A DNA stretch of 64,000 nt from Octopus vulgaris (GCA_951406725.2 OX597827.1:60450001-60514000), one strand, 5' to 3'; positions 49,900 to 63,160 are shown, counted from the first letter of the stretch. A program made the numbers and translations. The notes: generated from the letters alone by a model not told the origin.

Positions 49900-52800
49900 G
49901 TAAATTTATGTATATTTGTGTCTCCTTGTCTTGCTTATTGCATATTGGTTGTAAATGGATGTCATTCATTTCCAATATCTTGCAAAACCATGTTTGGCCA
50001 TGGAGAAACAAGTAAAGGTTGGTAATAGAAAAGGCATCCAGCTGTAGAAAATCTGCCTCACTAAACTCCATCTGACCCATGCAAGCATGGAAAAATGGAT
50101 GTTAAAACAATGATGATGGTGGTTTCTGCTTTTCTATGTCTTTCATAATTATTCCAAATTCTTCTATTGTTTCTTCAGTTTTTCAATCAGATATTTTTCC
50201 TTTTTCTCCAGTTTTTCCCCTTAAATTTCTTCTTCCATTTATTTTTCTCTTTTTATAATCTGTGTTTTTTTTTCTTTATTAATCCTTCTGTTCGTTTATT
50301 TTCCATTAAAAGTTATTTTTTCTCCCTTCACTTTTTGTCTCCAATCAACAATATCTTCAATTAATTTTTCCATTTTCCTTTTATATTTTAATCACCAGAT
50401 TTGGTTTTGTAGAATTGCATTGTTGTTAAAGCTACGGCTTTACACTGTTGCTCATTCTGAACTGCAGAACTTCAAGAACCTCGACACACCCGATCTCTAC
50501 TACCAATACTACCCTGGCAATTATCCTGGACGAAAGGGTAATTAAGTCTCTACTTTTGAGTTTCTCTTCTCCTTTTCTTTCATCCAATCAGGCAGAGACT
50601 CAGTCATGTGGCACACCCTAGCTAGTATAGCTTAGAAATGTCTTCCCGTTGTCTGAATACCATTTTATTTTGACATTCAAAGGTCTTTTATGTGTTGAGC
50701 TCTCTTCTAATTCCCTTTGCTTCCATAAAAATACTGCTATTCTTAATGTATTTTCTGGCATACTAGTTGATGTAAACATGAAGTGTAAACATTCAAACCT
50801 CATTTCTATCTTTCCAAATTCCATTTCACTTGGAATTTTTGGTTGAGCTCTTGAATTTGGGTCTGGAAAATTTGATTTGTATGCCAGAAAATACAGTATC
50901 AACAACTCCTTGTTGTTGTATTTTCGAGTTGAGTTTAATAAGATCTGCTTTACAGTTATGCCATATGTTTGGATAGGTTTTTGGTTTAGAGTAGCAAGCC
51001 AAAGCGAGAAAGAATGGTTGTGAAATAGGAATGAAATACTGAGGGACCATATTCATGAGTAATGGGAAGCAGAAGGCTGAATTGGATGCTAGAAGTGCAG
51101 GTACTGGCATAGTAATGTGCCAATTCCAGCATTTGGTCCTTAGAAAGGAAGCCAGACTTGCTGTTTAATTCAGTTTTCATGCCTATCATCACCTGTGGTC
51201 ATAAATGATGGGTAATGACTAAAAGACTACAATAAAAAGTACAAGTGCAGTTCTATATTTAAGTGATGAGGAATACGGTACATTATTTACATTTGATAGA
51301 TATTTGTCCTCATCTTGTTTGTTGTTAACACAACATTTCGGCTGATATACCCTCTAGCCTTCTTCAGGTGTCTTGCGGAAATTTCGAACCTGGGTTCTCA
51401 TTCCTAAGGTATTTTTTTGATGTTATTATTATTATTATTATTGTATTTCAGGTTCTATGGTCCCATTTGGTCTTCGTCTTTTGGATGCTCAACTTCCATT
51501 TTATCTTGGACACAACAAAGATGCAGTAGACAAATTGTATTATATTCTTTCTGTTGTGCAACAGGTGAGGGCAGGTACATTGTATTGTTGTGAATGCATG
51601 TTAGAGATGAGATACAACCAATTTTCTGGGTTTTTTTGGAGAGTGTGCAATGACCGTGATCATGGCCGTTTTTTCAGTGCCTCTGAAACAGCTGGGATGA
51701 AATGTGGAAATTATTCTCTGACTGGAGCCCTAAGCCAAATGCTTGCAACAGTGTGGATTTAGCAAAAGATATCCAGGGACTCCATGGCTGGGTTCAACTA
51801 AGCAATGGATTAAGTCTACCTTCTAAAGATGTGAATATTCCCTCTTGTAGACTTCCAAGCAGTTTCTACCTTCCAAATTCGACTGACCCAAGCCTGTGAA
51901 AGAGGGATTAAGTGCCATTAATATTCATCATCATCATTAAACATCTATTTTTCATGCTAGCATGGGTTCGATGGTTTGACAGAGCTTGTGAGTTGCAGGG
52001 CTGTGTTGAGCCCCAGTGTCAGCTATGGTTTCTATAGTTGGATGCCCTTCTTGTCACCAACCACTTTATAGAGTGTACTGGGTGCTTTTTTCATGCTATT
52101 GGCTCTTGGCTTTAATGTGGTCACAAAGTGTATTATTATATTATATATATAGTATTAATATCATATAATATTAATACTATCAATAATTAATATGCCAATT
52201 TGTTCTTTTTGTACATACCTGTCGTGTGTGTCACACTTCTAAAGAAGAAGTGAGTGGCAAAGTGAGAGAGAGGAGGACAGATAGGAAGTAAGAGAGAAAG
52301 TGAGAGAGAAAGACAGTGAGTGGTGACAGCATTCATTTTGTGTTTTTAAATGTTTCAGAGAGGAAGTAAGAGAGAAAGAGAGACAGTGAGTAGTGACAGC
52401 TTTCGTTTTGTGTTTTTTAAATGTTTATCTCATCGCAAGAAAAGTAGAGACATAGATACATACACACATTGTTAAATTAAAAGCGGGAGAGAGGAGGGAC
52501 ACAGTGGAAGTGAAAGAGAAAGAGAGAAAGTGAGAGAGACAGATGCATAGATCCAAAGAAAAGCTATTGGTCAGCCCAGTGCAAAAATAGAAGATGTTTG
52601 TTTCGTGGGACTGAACCTGAAACTCATGTGGTTACAAAGTGAGTTTTTTGTAACCACACAGCCATGCCAGTGTCTATACATAATCAAATGAAAATTTCGT
52701 ATGAAAGATGTTAAGTAGCTTGTTTATTTGCTTTAACATATTTGTATTACATCTGTATTACATCTGTCTATCACAGATCATTTCAAATCTTGAAAGTGGT

Positions 52801-54357
52801 TTATCAGAAGATGGCTCTTCAGTGGAACTGACTCCAGAATCTAAGAAAGGTAAGATTTTTGTGATTTTGCTGTTGCTGTTGTGTTGCCAGCTTCACAGTT
52901 GAAGTGGGCTGTTGGTGGGTTTTGTTGGGCATTCATTCTGCAAAGGTGTGACTGAGCTTGGAGTTATTGGCGCAGCAAAGAGGAAGACCATAGATTCCAT
53001 TACTGATTCTGCTGAGAATTCCAGGCCAATTGGGTTTGAATAAAGAGGACAAACCAGTGGTTTGCTGCTATTGGAATGCAATTTAGGACTTGATCAACAT
53101 TGGCTGGGTCAACTGGATGAAGGCATCTGTTTCTGAAAATTCCCAAACTCCTCGAGACCCCAGAAACATCACTGATGGTGCAAATCCATGTGCTGTATCT
53201 TGGAACTAGGTTTAAATCAGCCCTGATTAAGTAGATCCAAAATCAAAGGCATTCTAGCCATGACTTGACCATCTTATTCGTTTGTGTCTCAGAGAAGATA
53301 CAATATTATTCAATAAATCTCTCTCTTTATTTAAGATGTTAGATTGTGATTGGAGGAAGATTTGGCTGTTATTTCTAGCAAGTTGAGTAACTATGTAGAT
53401 CAAGGATTCTCAGCCTTTCTAATATCCGGACCAGATCCAAAACCTGGATTTTTTTCAGAGATCCACACTAAAAAAGATAAAACATAAGTCATTTATGAAA
53501 AATTTATATTTATTGAGGGAAAAATGTTGAGGAGGACATGCGGCCTTGAGGGCCAAGGTTGAGAGAACTACTGATTAAACGCTTGTTTGCTGGCTTGTCC
53601 TCTGATGGCTTATACTGAATGGGGAAGGATGTTGGAATTAACTCATTTGTTTTTTACATGACACCACACATATACCAGCATTTACACACACACACACAAA
53701 CTCTCTCTCTCTCTCTGAAATAACCAAGTGTATTCATAGCTTGGAAATAAGTTTTGAGAAGAGCAGGTAGAGTCAAACTGACTTACTCTATCAAGAAACA
53801 CCACATAAACTCTACAAGATGGTGAGGTAGCTGAATCCAAACCATATGCTAAGTGGCATTTCTTCCAGCTCTTTACATTCTAAGTTCAAATCACACTGGG
53901 CTTGGCCTTTCATTCTTCTAGGATCAATAAAATATAATGAAATATGCATTGAGCACTGGGGTTGGTATAATTGACAAACTCTCACCGGCTGAAATTGTTA
54001 GCCTTGTGTCAAAACTTGAAACAATTATTTTAAAGTGCTGACATGGCTGTGTGGTAAGGTGCTTGCTATGTGATCATGTGGTTTTTGGTTCAGTCCCTTT
54101 GTGCAGCACCTTTGGGCAAGTCTCTTCTACTATAGTCCCAAGAGTGTATTTGGTAGATGAAAAAGGTGTGGAAACCATTGTATATATATGCATGTATGTG
54201 CAGGTGTGGCCTTGTTGAAAGAAGCTTGTTTCCCAACCACATGGCTCTGTATTCAGTCCTACTGTGTGGCACCTTGGGCAAGTGTCTTCTACTATAGCTT
54301 TGGGCTGACCAAAGCCTTGGGAGTGGATTTGCTAGATGGAAACTGAACGAAGCGCGT

Positions 54358-54392
<35 letters not shown>

Positions 54393-55461
54393 CCGTTTCC
54401 CCCGCCATCGCTTGACAACTGATGTTGGTGTGTTTACATCCCCCATAACGTAGCGGTTCGGCAAAAGAGACCAATAGAATAAGTACCAGGCTTACAAAGA
54501 ATAAGTCCTGGGGCCAATTGCTTTGACTAAAAACCCTGTAAATGTCAGTGGATTAGTGGGTTACTACACACACCAAGTTAGTTACTGATTTATTGCTATT
54601 GTAGTCCTTTTGTTTTTATATTTTTAGCTTCCCTTGAACTATGGTCCAAGCGACAATGTCAAGTGATGTATATCATTGCCAACATACTTCTGTCCATCAA
54701 GGTAAGTTAGATTGGCTACTTTCTCAATACAACACTGTAACTCATCTCCCTTTGATTATATTTATAACTGTGACTATCCATGTACAAGCCAAGTGTCTTG
54801 CTAAAGGTCTTGAGGAAATGACAGTTTGGGTTTTACTTGACCCTTTAGCGTTTAAGCTGGCCATGTTAGGCCAAAATATTCTACTTGTTTTATGTTCACA
54901 ATGGCTAGATCCAGCCTTTCATGCCTAGCCTACAATGTCATTGTAGAAATAAAATGACATCATTGAAATCTTGAAGCTCTGAGATAATGCATGACTAATT
55001 CAAAACAATGTGAATAAATAAGCTAATAAGCCTTACATTTGACAAAGTAATCTGAATGCTAAGGGGTTTAATATTTCAAATTTTGGCACACCTTCACACA
55101 CACACACACACACACCGTCTCTCTCTCTCTTGTGTTTCTGTCCTTTAACTAGTTTATTTCTCATGCTGTAGGATTATGTAGCTGCCCTCGATGTCTATCA
55201 AGAACTACTGAAGAAAGATGCGGATAGTCAGAGTGCTTTGCTAACTGGCATTGGACGTATATTCCTCCAGGTGGGTATTATTTTTGAAAGATTATATCTT
55301 ATTCTTTATTCTGCCTTTTTTTTTTAAAGTAAAAACAATGTTTTGGTCAACCTGCACTCAGCTGTTACATCAGATTAATTGAAATATCTTATAAAAACTT
55401 AAGACCCATTGTTTTTAATAACTTTCTAATTTTGGAATATATAAATATATACACATATGTA

Positions 55462-55502
<41 letters not shown>

Positions 55503-55689
55503 ATGTATATATATATATGTCCAACCCATGCTAGCATGGAAAACGGACGTTAAACGATGATGATGATGATAATGATGATATCACATGACTGACCAGGCTT
55601 TCGGATGTTGCTACACATCGCTGGTCACAATGCTCCATTGTTTTACATCGCTGGTCACAATGCGCCTCGCATTGCCTCCGCATATAAAT

Positions 55690-55775
<86 letters not shown>

Positions 55776-56230
55776 GTGGCCACCCCACTGACCCTAAGAA
55801 GTTGGGCCCAACAGAAGCAATGAAGACCGAGATCTCTGGAGATATGCTGTGACTGCGAAAGACCCGACAAATAGCATGAGTTCATGGCTGTTTCCTGCAC
55901 CACCCCTCACATACCAGCCCCATCCCATCCAAAGTACCTTGGATCACAGGACGGCCTGTTGTGCTTACCTTGGATCATAGAGCAACCTACTGTGCTATTG
56001 AGTCAAGTACATCAACATCAAACTAAAAATCAAATGGAAATTGTAGTTGTGATACCTGTGCCAGTGGCATGTAAAAAGCACCATCTGAACATGGCTTTCT
56101 GTGTTCCTTTCTGTGGAAGAGTGTAGGCTCGAAACATAAAAGACTTTTTCAATTCCTGAGCATTATACTAATACATCTGTTTGTTTTCTACACCACCTGT
56201 CTTCGTCTTTTGTTTTTTTCGTGAATTCTC

Positions 56231-56268
<38 letters not shown>

Positions 56269-59200
56269 CTCACCATCTTTGTGTGTGGATGTATGTAAGC
56301 ATATGCTGTATATATATATATATTGCAGCTAGCCTCAATATTCCCAACAATGTCATTCTAAAAACAAACAATCACATCATGGAAATCTCAAAGCTACAGA
56401 ATAATGCATGATTAATTCAGAACAATGTTAATAAATAGCATTATATTCAACAGAGTAATCTGAATGCTAAGGGATTAAAAGGTTTCATTTTCCTTTTCAG
56501 ATGGGAGATATTGGAACAGCAGAAAGTTATTTCAAGAAATCTGAAGATCTCAATTCTGGAAAAAAACGCAGTGCTGCAAAGACTGCTTTAAACAAGTTAG
56601 TTTGACTTTTTTTTTTTGTTTGTTTGGTTTTGTTTTTTGTTTTTCACATTTGTTGCATTTTGTTGTTGTTGATTTGAAACTTTCTCAACTCTTCCTGTCT
56701 CTCGATCTCTTGTTTGTTTTACATCCATTTGTCCATGTCAGCATGGGTTAGTTGACTATATTATTGTGCTATTATTAAGGCGGCGAGCTGGTAGAAACGT
56801 TAGCACGCCGGGCGAAATTCGTAGCCGTATTTCGTCTGTCGTTACGTTCCGAGTTCAAATTCCGCCGAGGTCGACTTTGCCTTTCATCCTTTCGGGGTCG
56901 ATAAATTAAGCACCAGTTACGCACTGGGGTCAATGTAGTCGACTTAATCCCTTTGTCTGTCCTTGTTTGTCCCCTCTGTGTTTAGCCCCTTGTGGGTAGT
57001 AAAGAAATATATATTATTGTGCTATTATATTTTACCTTTGTTTTCCAAGTAAGGAATCCATGCCTCTTCAAAGATGCAAAGCCAGTGGATGATTTGTTGA
57101 CAAGGGAAATGACAGCAATATCACTGATTCTAGCTTGGAGAAGTGTAGATGGAAACAAACACAAAAACATATGCACATACACACACACAATTAGTGATCA
57201 GAGGTATTTGGCTAACAGTTGTAAGGTTGTGAGTTTGATACCTGTCAGTGCATTGTGACCTTGAGCAAGAGACTTTATTTCATGTTGCTCCAATTCACTC
57301 AACTGGTAAAAATGAGTCGTACCTGTATTTCAAAGGGCCATCCTTGTCACTCTCTGTGTCATGCTGAATCTCCCTGAGAACTACATTAAGGGTATACACA
57401 TATCTGTGGAGTACTCAGCCACTTGCATGTTCATTTCATGAGTAGGCAGTTCCATTGATGGGACCAACTGGAACCCTCATCCTTATAACTGACGAAACGC
57501 TAGTTAGTTGTGGCAAATCATTTTAGAGTCTTGCTCAATAGATCATCATTGGTTCAGTTTAATTGCTAATGGTGATACCTGTCAGCAGGTATTGCACCTG
57601 CTTCGTCAACTAACCTCGGCTCGCAGGACGGCCTGCTGTGCTAACATTGGATCGTAAGGTGACCTGCTGTGCTTGAGGATACCTATTGGGTCAAGTACAT
57701 TTATATCAAAATAAAAATCAAATGGAAATTGTAGTTGTGATACCCATGCCGGTAGCACGTAAAAAGCACCATCCAAACGTAGCCAATACCAGCACTGCCT
57801 TGACTGGCTTCCGTGCTGGTGACACGTAAAAAGCACCAACTGATCGTGGCCGTTTGCCAGTCTCCTCTGGCCCCTGTGCCGGTGGCACGTAAAAAGCACC
57901 CACTACACTCACGGAGTGGTTGGCGTTAAGAAGGGCATCCAGCTGTAGAAACACTGCCAGATCAGACTGGAGCCTGGTGCAACCTCCTGGCTTCCCAGAC
58001 CCCGGTCGAACCGTCCAACCCATGCTAGCATGGAAAACGGATGTTAAACGATGATGATGATGATTTGATCATGCAACTTTCTGTTTTTTTTAACTTTCAG
58101 AGGACTTGTTGCATTGTGTACCAGCAACTTTCATGAAGCATTCCAACATTTCAAAGCTGCCGTTGTTGAAGACCCCAGTAATCCAGTGGTATGTATATTG
58201 ATGTCACCCCTAAAAATCTTCAGTACTCCTTTTCCTTTAATTTTGTATCAAATTTAACAATAGAGTCTCCATACCTGGAGTTCTTAATCCTTTTATGTTT
58301 CCAGTTCTCCAAAAGATTGCCCAATATGTTCTCATACTTGGCTGTGTGGTTAAGAAGCTTGCTTCCCAGCTGTGTGATCTTGGGTTCATTCCCTCTGCAC
58401 AGCACCTTGGGCAAGTGTCTTCTATTATATCCCTAATATCCCTAAGCCAACCAAAACTTTGTGAGTGTGTTTGGTTCATAGAAACTGAATGAAGGGCAGC
58501 AAGCTGGCAGAAACGTTAGCACACCGGACGAAATGCTTAGCGGTATTTCGTCTGCTGTTACGTTCTGAGTTCAAATTTTGCCAAGGTTGACTTTGCCTTT
58601 CATCTTTTCAGGGTCTATAAATTAAGTACCAGTTACGCACTGGGGTCGATGTAATCGACTGAATACCTTTGTCTGCTCTTGTTTGTTCCCTCTATGTTTA
58701 GCCCCTTGAAATAAGAATTTTGATGCCCAACCACATGGTTTCTAGCTGCATGGAATATTAGGTGAGTGATTTGTAGTGTTGCTCCTGACTTGACTGAAGC
58801 TTTGTGAGTGGATTTGGTAGATGGAAACTGAAAGAGCCTATCCATCCATCCATCCATCCATGTGTGTGTGTGTGTGTTACCATCTTGCCATGATATAGCT
58901 TGATAATTGTAAGCAAGTGCCACTTTCATTCAAACAGTGTCTTTCATTTCCAGTCTATTGTGAAAACTTGTTTAGTCATGGGGAAACATTATTACCTTAC
59001 TTGGAAATAGGTGAGGTTTGGCAACAGGTAGGGCATCCAACCGTAGAAAATCCTCCTCAACAAATTCCATCCGCCCCATGCAAGTATGGAAAGGTTTTTG
59101 TAAAATGATGCTGCTGCTGCAGCTTTGTTTGTTTGTTGAGCAAAGCGGTCTTCGTCCCGTCTGTAGTGGGAGAAGTCCGAAACGTGGTCCTTTGCTATTC

Positions 59201-59835
59201 GTAAGACCCGCAGAAGAGAAAGCAGGTCAACCCCCGACACCGAGAGCATCGACGGGTGGATGAATGTGCATCCGGGCTCAGCGGTTGCGTAGGAAGTCGG
59301 GGACAAGAAACAGGAAGAAAGAGTGAGAGAAAGTTGGAACGAAAGAGTACAACAGGGGTCGCCACCCCCCAACCCCCTGCCGGAGCCTCGTGGAGCTTTA
59401 GGTGTTTTCGCTCAATAAACACACACACAACGCCTGGTCTGGGAATCGAAACCACGATCCTCCGACCGCGAGTCCGCTGCCCTAACCATTGGGCCATTGC
59501 GCCTCCACTGCTGCTGCAGCTGATGTTGATGTCGAAACCAGAACTTCCTTGTTACTTATTGTTTGTTTGTTTGTTTGTTTGTGTATTTGCAGGCAGTGAA
59601 CAACATGGCCGTATCGTCACTGTATTTAGGCAAACTGAAAGATGCTCTGGACACTTTGGAAGACCTCGTCCAATCAGACCCAACACACAACCTTCATGAA
59701 GGCATATTATTTAACTTATGCACTCTGTACGAGCTGGAATCATCACATGCACCACAAAAGAAGCAGGCCTTACTTAGCCTTGTCAGTAAACATAAAGGGG
59801 ACAGCTTTCATGTTGCTTGTCTTAAAATGTCATAG
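40933..59835 (+). CDS. TRAPPC12: Trafficking protein particle complex subunit 12 (TTC15/TRAMM), 13 coding exons, 2658 nt, 885 aa
   Basis: All introns GT-AG with consistent phases; C-terminal half matches TRAPPC12 motifs recalled from the vertebrate protein (DLYYxYYPxxYPGRxGSMVPF, GIGRIxLQxGD, [15 protein letters not shown], LFNLxTxYELES, GDSFxxxCLK); long acidic low-complexity N-terminus. Confidence 0.93.
42473..42796 (+). CDS. TRAPPC12: TRAPPC12 coding exon 2
   Basis: CTTCAG| acceptor, CAG|GTTGGT donor, 324 nt, SPTEFH...NFAQ. Confidence 0.78.
42985..43318 (+). mobile_element. CR1-type LINE 3' end
   Basis: Encodes [27 protein letters not shown], then 3'UTR ending CATTATTAT; second copy at 63541-63792. 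Confidence 0.75.
43877..44572 (+). CDS. TRAPPC12: TRAPPC12 coding exon 3
   Basis: TAATAG| acceptor, CAA|GTAAGG donor, 696 nt open frame including [12 protein letters not shown]. Confidence 0.82.
44837..45067 (+). mobile_element. SINE family A copy
   Basis: 16-bp TSD TATATGCAGTGCTCAC at 44816-44831 and 45068-45083; another copy follows at 45422-45650. Confidence 0.88.
46049..46165 (+). CDS. TRAPPC12: TRAPPC12 coding exon 4
   Basis: TTGTAG| ... GTG|GTATGT; [39 protein letters not shown]. Confidence 0.9.
46350..46570 (+). mobile_element. SINE family A copy nested in a minus-strand family C element (~46185-46630)
   Basis: 12-bp TSD AGAGTGTACTGG at 46340-46351 and 46571-46582. Confidence 0.85.
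47343..47456 (+). CDS. TRAPPC12: TRAPPC12 coding exon 5
   Basis: GTACAG| ... CAG|GTAGG; [16 protein letters not shown]...HILQ. Confidence 0.9.
47703..48094 (+). mobile_element. SINE family B copy
   Basis: Full-length match to 10763-11157. Confidence 0.88.
48743..49584. repeat. Compound (CT)n-(TA)n-[(TG)m(TA)k]n microsatellite, ~0.84 kb
   Basis: Seen directly in TRAPPC12 intron 5. Confidence 0.95.
50399..50537 (+). CDS. TRAPPC12: TRAPPC12 coding exon 6
   Basis: CACCAG| ... AGG|GTAATT; [12 protein letters not shown]...[15 protein letters not shown]; phase 1. Confidence 0.92.
51327..51372 (-). ncRNA. Minimal hammerhead ribozyme motif in a Penelope-like fragment (~51260-51425)
   Basis: Minus strand GACAC-CTGAAGA-A-GGCT(12 nt)AGCC-GAA-ATGT-T-GTGTT; stem III palindrome ACGT appears mutated to ATGT. 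Confidence 0.62.
51452..51564 (+). CDS. TRAPPC12: TRAPPC12 coding exon 7
   Basis: TTTCAG| ... CAG|GTGAGG; [20 protein letters not shown]. Confidence 0.92.
52777..52849 (+). CDS. TRAPPC12: TRAPPC12 coding exon 8
   Basis: TCACAG| ... AAG|GTAAGA; [13 protein letters not shown]; phase 1. Confidence 0.9.
54628..54701 (+). CDS. TRAPPC12: TRAPPC12 coding exon 9
   Basis: TTTTAG| ... AAG|GTAAGT; [25 protein letters not shown]. Confidence 0.9.
54838..55070. mobile_element. piggyBac-like MITE; related copies ~7190-7610 (-), ~7612-7826 (+), ~56325-56478
   Basis: Ends ACCCTTTAGC / GCTAAGGGGT with degenerate TTAA flanks; the interior recurs several times in the window. Confidence 0.55.
55172..55270 (+). 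CDS. TRAPPC12: TRAPPC12 coding exon 10
   Basis: CTGTAG| ... CAG|GTGGGT; [13 protein letters not shown]...GIGRIFLQ (TPR). Confidence 0.92.
56501..56595 (+). CDS. TRAPPC12: TRAPPC12 coding exon 11
   Basis: TTTCAG| ... CAA|GTTAGT; [12 protein letters not shown]; phase 2. Confidence 0.9.
56778..57009 (+). mobile_element. tRNA-derived SINE family A (Meta-like core), full copy
   Basis: A-box TGGTAGAAACGTTAG, B-box GTTCAAATTCC, core GCCTTTCATCCTTTCGGGGTCGATAAATTAAG; 19-bp TSD TATATTATTGTGCTATTAT at 56757-56775 and 57010-57028. More than 15 copies or fragments in the window. Confidence 0.9.
57600..58063 (+). mobile_element. Retroposon family C with (GAT)n tail (RTE-like 3' end), variably 5'-truncated
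   Basis: Ends CCAACCCATGCTAGCATGGAAAACGG..TTAAAC(GAT)n; three internal ~60-bp units containing GCACGTAAAAAGCACC; other copies ~3820-4035, 18970-19018, 34457-34620, 35890-36160, 46185-46630 (-), 55519-55570. Confidence 0.75.
58101..58188 (+). CDS. TRAPPC12: TRAPPC12 coding exon 12
   Basis: TTTCAG| ... GTG|GTATGT; [29 protein letters not shown]. Confidence 0.9.
59125..59507 (-). mobile_element. tRNA-derived SINE family D, tail type 2
   Basis: Head TGGAGGCGCAATGGCCCAATGGTTAGGGCAGCGGACTCGCG...GTTTCGATTCCC; (CAAA)n tail; 14-bp TSD CTGCTGCTGCAGCT at 59111-59124 and 59508-59521. Confidence 0.88.
59593..59835 (+). CDS. TRAPPC12: TRAPPC12 terminal coding exon 13
   Basis: TTGCAG| acceptor; [17 protein letters not shown]...[12 protein letters not shown]-stop. 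Confidence 0.93.
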   Translation, partial: AVNNMAVSSLYLGKLKDALDTLEDLVQSDPTHNLHEGILFNLCTLYELESSHAPQKKQALLSLVSKHKGDSFHVACLKMS

Positions 59836-59949
59836 ACTAAATTTGACTCAAGGGACTTCTTAACAAATGAACCAACAACACAAGATGGACGTTGGATGTT
59901 TATATTTTGACAATGCTTCATCAGTAACTTTGAATCACTTTTTGCTTAA

Positions 59950-60004
<55 letters not shown>

Positions 60005-60060
60005 ATATATATATATACACACACACACATAATATAATAATATATATATATATACACATA

Positions 60061-60095
<35 letters not shown>

Positions 60096-60366
60096 TATAT
60101 ATATATATACACACATATATATATATATATAATCACACATATATATATACACACACACACATATATATATATATATACACACACACATATATATATACAC
60201 ATATATATACACACATTAAATGAAATCCCTCTTCTGCATTGATTTATACACATGCACACCCACGCATGCATGACTTGTACTCACATATCGGTTTATGTTA
60301 TGTAGATACACACCTCCATACGATGCACACACACACACACACACACATACTATCACACAGTATCAC

Positions 60367-60372
60367 AATAAA
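60367..60372 (+). terminator. Candidate polyadenylation signal of TRAPPC12
   Basis: AATAAA ~530 bp after the stop codon, followed by GT-rich sequence. Confidence 0.45.
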
Positions 60373-60473
60373 CGTTTGTTGAGCGGTGATTGTGATATTA
60401 TATTTATTGGAAACATCGACTAGCCCCCTCCCCTACCCCAAAATTTCAGGCCTTAAGCCTATAGCAGAAAGAC

Positions 60474-60507
<34 letters not shown>

Positions 60508-61489
60508 GAAGTCGCCGAGCTGGCAGAACTGTTAGCACACCAGGCAAAATGCTTAGTGGAATTTTGTCCATCTTCATCTTCTGAGTTCAAATTCTGCTGA
60601 GGTTGACTTTGCCTTTCATCCTTTCGGGATCGATAAAATAAGTACCAGTTGAGCACTGGACTCGATGTAATTCACTAGTCCCTCTCCCCTGAAATTTCAG
60701 GCCTTGTGCCTATAGTAGAAAGGGTTGTTGTTATTATTATTATTAAGGTAGTGAGCTGGCAGAACAGCACTCTGGGCGAAATGCTTAGTGGCATTTTGTC
60801 CATTGCTATGCTCTGAGTTAAAATTCTGCCTAGGTAGACTTTGCCTTTCATCCTTTCTGGGTCAATAAAATATGTACCAGTTGAACACTGAACTTGATGT
60901 AATCGATGTACCTGCTCCTCAGGAAATTGCTGGCCTTGTGCCAAAATTTGAAGCCAATATTATGTATAGTACTAATGATCTTGGAAATCAGTTGGGTGGC
61001 AAAAACAGTAAGACCATGCTTTTAAGGATCATTTCTTAAGTATGCGTCGCAATGGCATCCGATTCTATTGATTGGATCAACAACATCACGATGATGTGAG
61101 ATTGTACTGAGTCCTGAGTGTGAAACAGGTTTTTCTCTATCCTTCATTCCTTGCCTCTTAACGAATGTGAGAAAACCATTGAGGATCATTCTTCAGAGGT
61201 TTAATAACTTCTTAAAGAGGGACTCAATACTTTCTGAGTGATCTTTTTTTAGCCCCTTGTGGGCAATAAAGAAATAAGAAACAGTGATACTGCTCCAAAT
61301 GCCATACAACATTTGGCTTCACCTCTCATACATTCCATGCTCAGGTCCCACTGCAATGGCAGGGATCAGGAGAAAAAATTCCTTACTGTATGTAATTCAA
61401 CCCTGTTCTGAGTAGCAATTCTTTTACTGTTCACTTTCACCTCACACTAGTCCCAGTGGTGGAAAAGTAGTACACACACACACACACAC

Positions 61490-61539
<50 letters not shown>

Positions 61540-62768
61540 GTGTATGTGTGTGTGTGTGTGATAAAAATTGACAGAAGCATTAAAATGTTGGGGAAAATGA
61601 AAAAATGATTTGCTGTATTTTATTCTGAATTTTTACATTCTGAGTTTAAATTCTGCTAGGATCAACTTTGCTGTTCATCCCTCTGGGGCCAATAAAATAA
61701 TGATTACATCAAGTAAATCTTTACCTTAAAATTGCTGCTTTGTGCCCAAACCAGAAACAATTATTATCATTATTATTATTATTATTATTAGTAGTAGTAG
61801 TAGTAAGTGGTTGATAACAGAACCAGAAAAACATTAGACAAAATGTCTTGTAGTGATTAGCTAGTTTCCTCTAGCTAAAATCCTGCGGAAGTTGACTTTG
61901 CCTTTCATTCCCCAATCTTCACTCCATATTCCCTGCAAGTTAAATCAGTTGCACCCCACCTCACTTTTCCAAAAGTAGCAATCACTCTTCTTCTGATTAT
62001 TATTATTAAAGTAACAACCTGGCACAGCAGCATTTCTGAGTTCAAATGCCACTTGAGGTCCACTTTGCCTTTCAGCCCTTTCAGGGTCAATAAATTAAGT
62101 ACCAGTAAAACACTGGGGGTCAATGAAATTGACTTACCCACTCCCCAAAATTTCGGGCCTTGTGCCTACAGTAGAAAGGATTATTATTATTATTATTATT
62201 AGAAAACGAATGAGACCCCTCCCTCCCAGTTAAAATGTTCAAACCCAAATCATCTGTCACCCAGTCACTTTGTTAGCTGATATAAATATAATGCCCTCTT
62301 ATGAACTGTGAAATAAATAAACTAATATGAAAAATAAATCGATGGGAAATTGTTTAAAAATGAAAGTTTTAAATGAAGAGACAACCCAAGTGACATTTCT
62401 TTTAAATTACAAAAAAAAAAAAAATAATAATAATAAGGAATCAATAAAATCTAAACAATTTGTATTGTTTGTGTGTTATATTTTCATTCTAAAGTTAGTA
62501 ACGTAAGTATTGTCTCGAGTTCTAGGACTCATGGGGCTGGTTATGCAGTTTCCATGGTTTATGAGACCAAGATCACAATATTCATTCTGAATGGAATGCC
62601 AGTCCATCACAAAGTTATTCCTTTACGGTAATTTCCTATTTGATGTTTGTAAAATTATAGTGTTTTATTTCAATAAAACATTTCATAATTATAAGTGATA
62701 CACACTGCAAATAGTCACTAAAAAGAGGCAAGGTGTTTGAGTTATTTTGAATAGGAGTTATTTTTGAA

Positions 62769-63160
62769 GGCATAGGAGTGGCTGCTTACAAACCACATGG
62801 TTCCGGGTTCAGTCCCACTGCGTGGTACCTTGGGCAAGTGTCTTCTACTATAGCCTCGGGCTGACCAAAGCCTTGTGAGTGGATTTGGTAGATGGAAACT
62901 GAAAGAAGCCTGTTGTATATATGTCTGTGTGTGCATATATATATGTATATGTGTATATGTTTGTGTGTCTGTGTTTATCCAACATCGCTTGACAACCGAT
63001 GTTGGTGTGTTTACGTCCCCATAACTTAGCGGTTCGGCAAAAGAGACCAAGAGAATAAGTTCTAGGCTTACAAAGAATAAGTCCTGGGGTCAATTTGCTC
63101 AACTAAAGGCAGTGCTCCACCATGGCCACAGTTAAATGACTGAAACAAGTAAATGAGTAG
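62769..63160 (+). mobile_element. SINE family B copy
   Basis: Near full-length match to 10763-11157. Confidence 0.85.
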
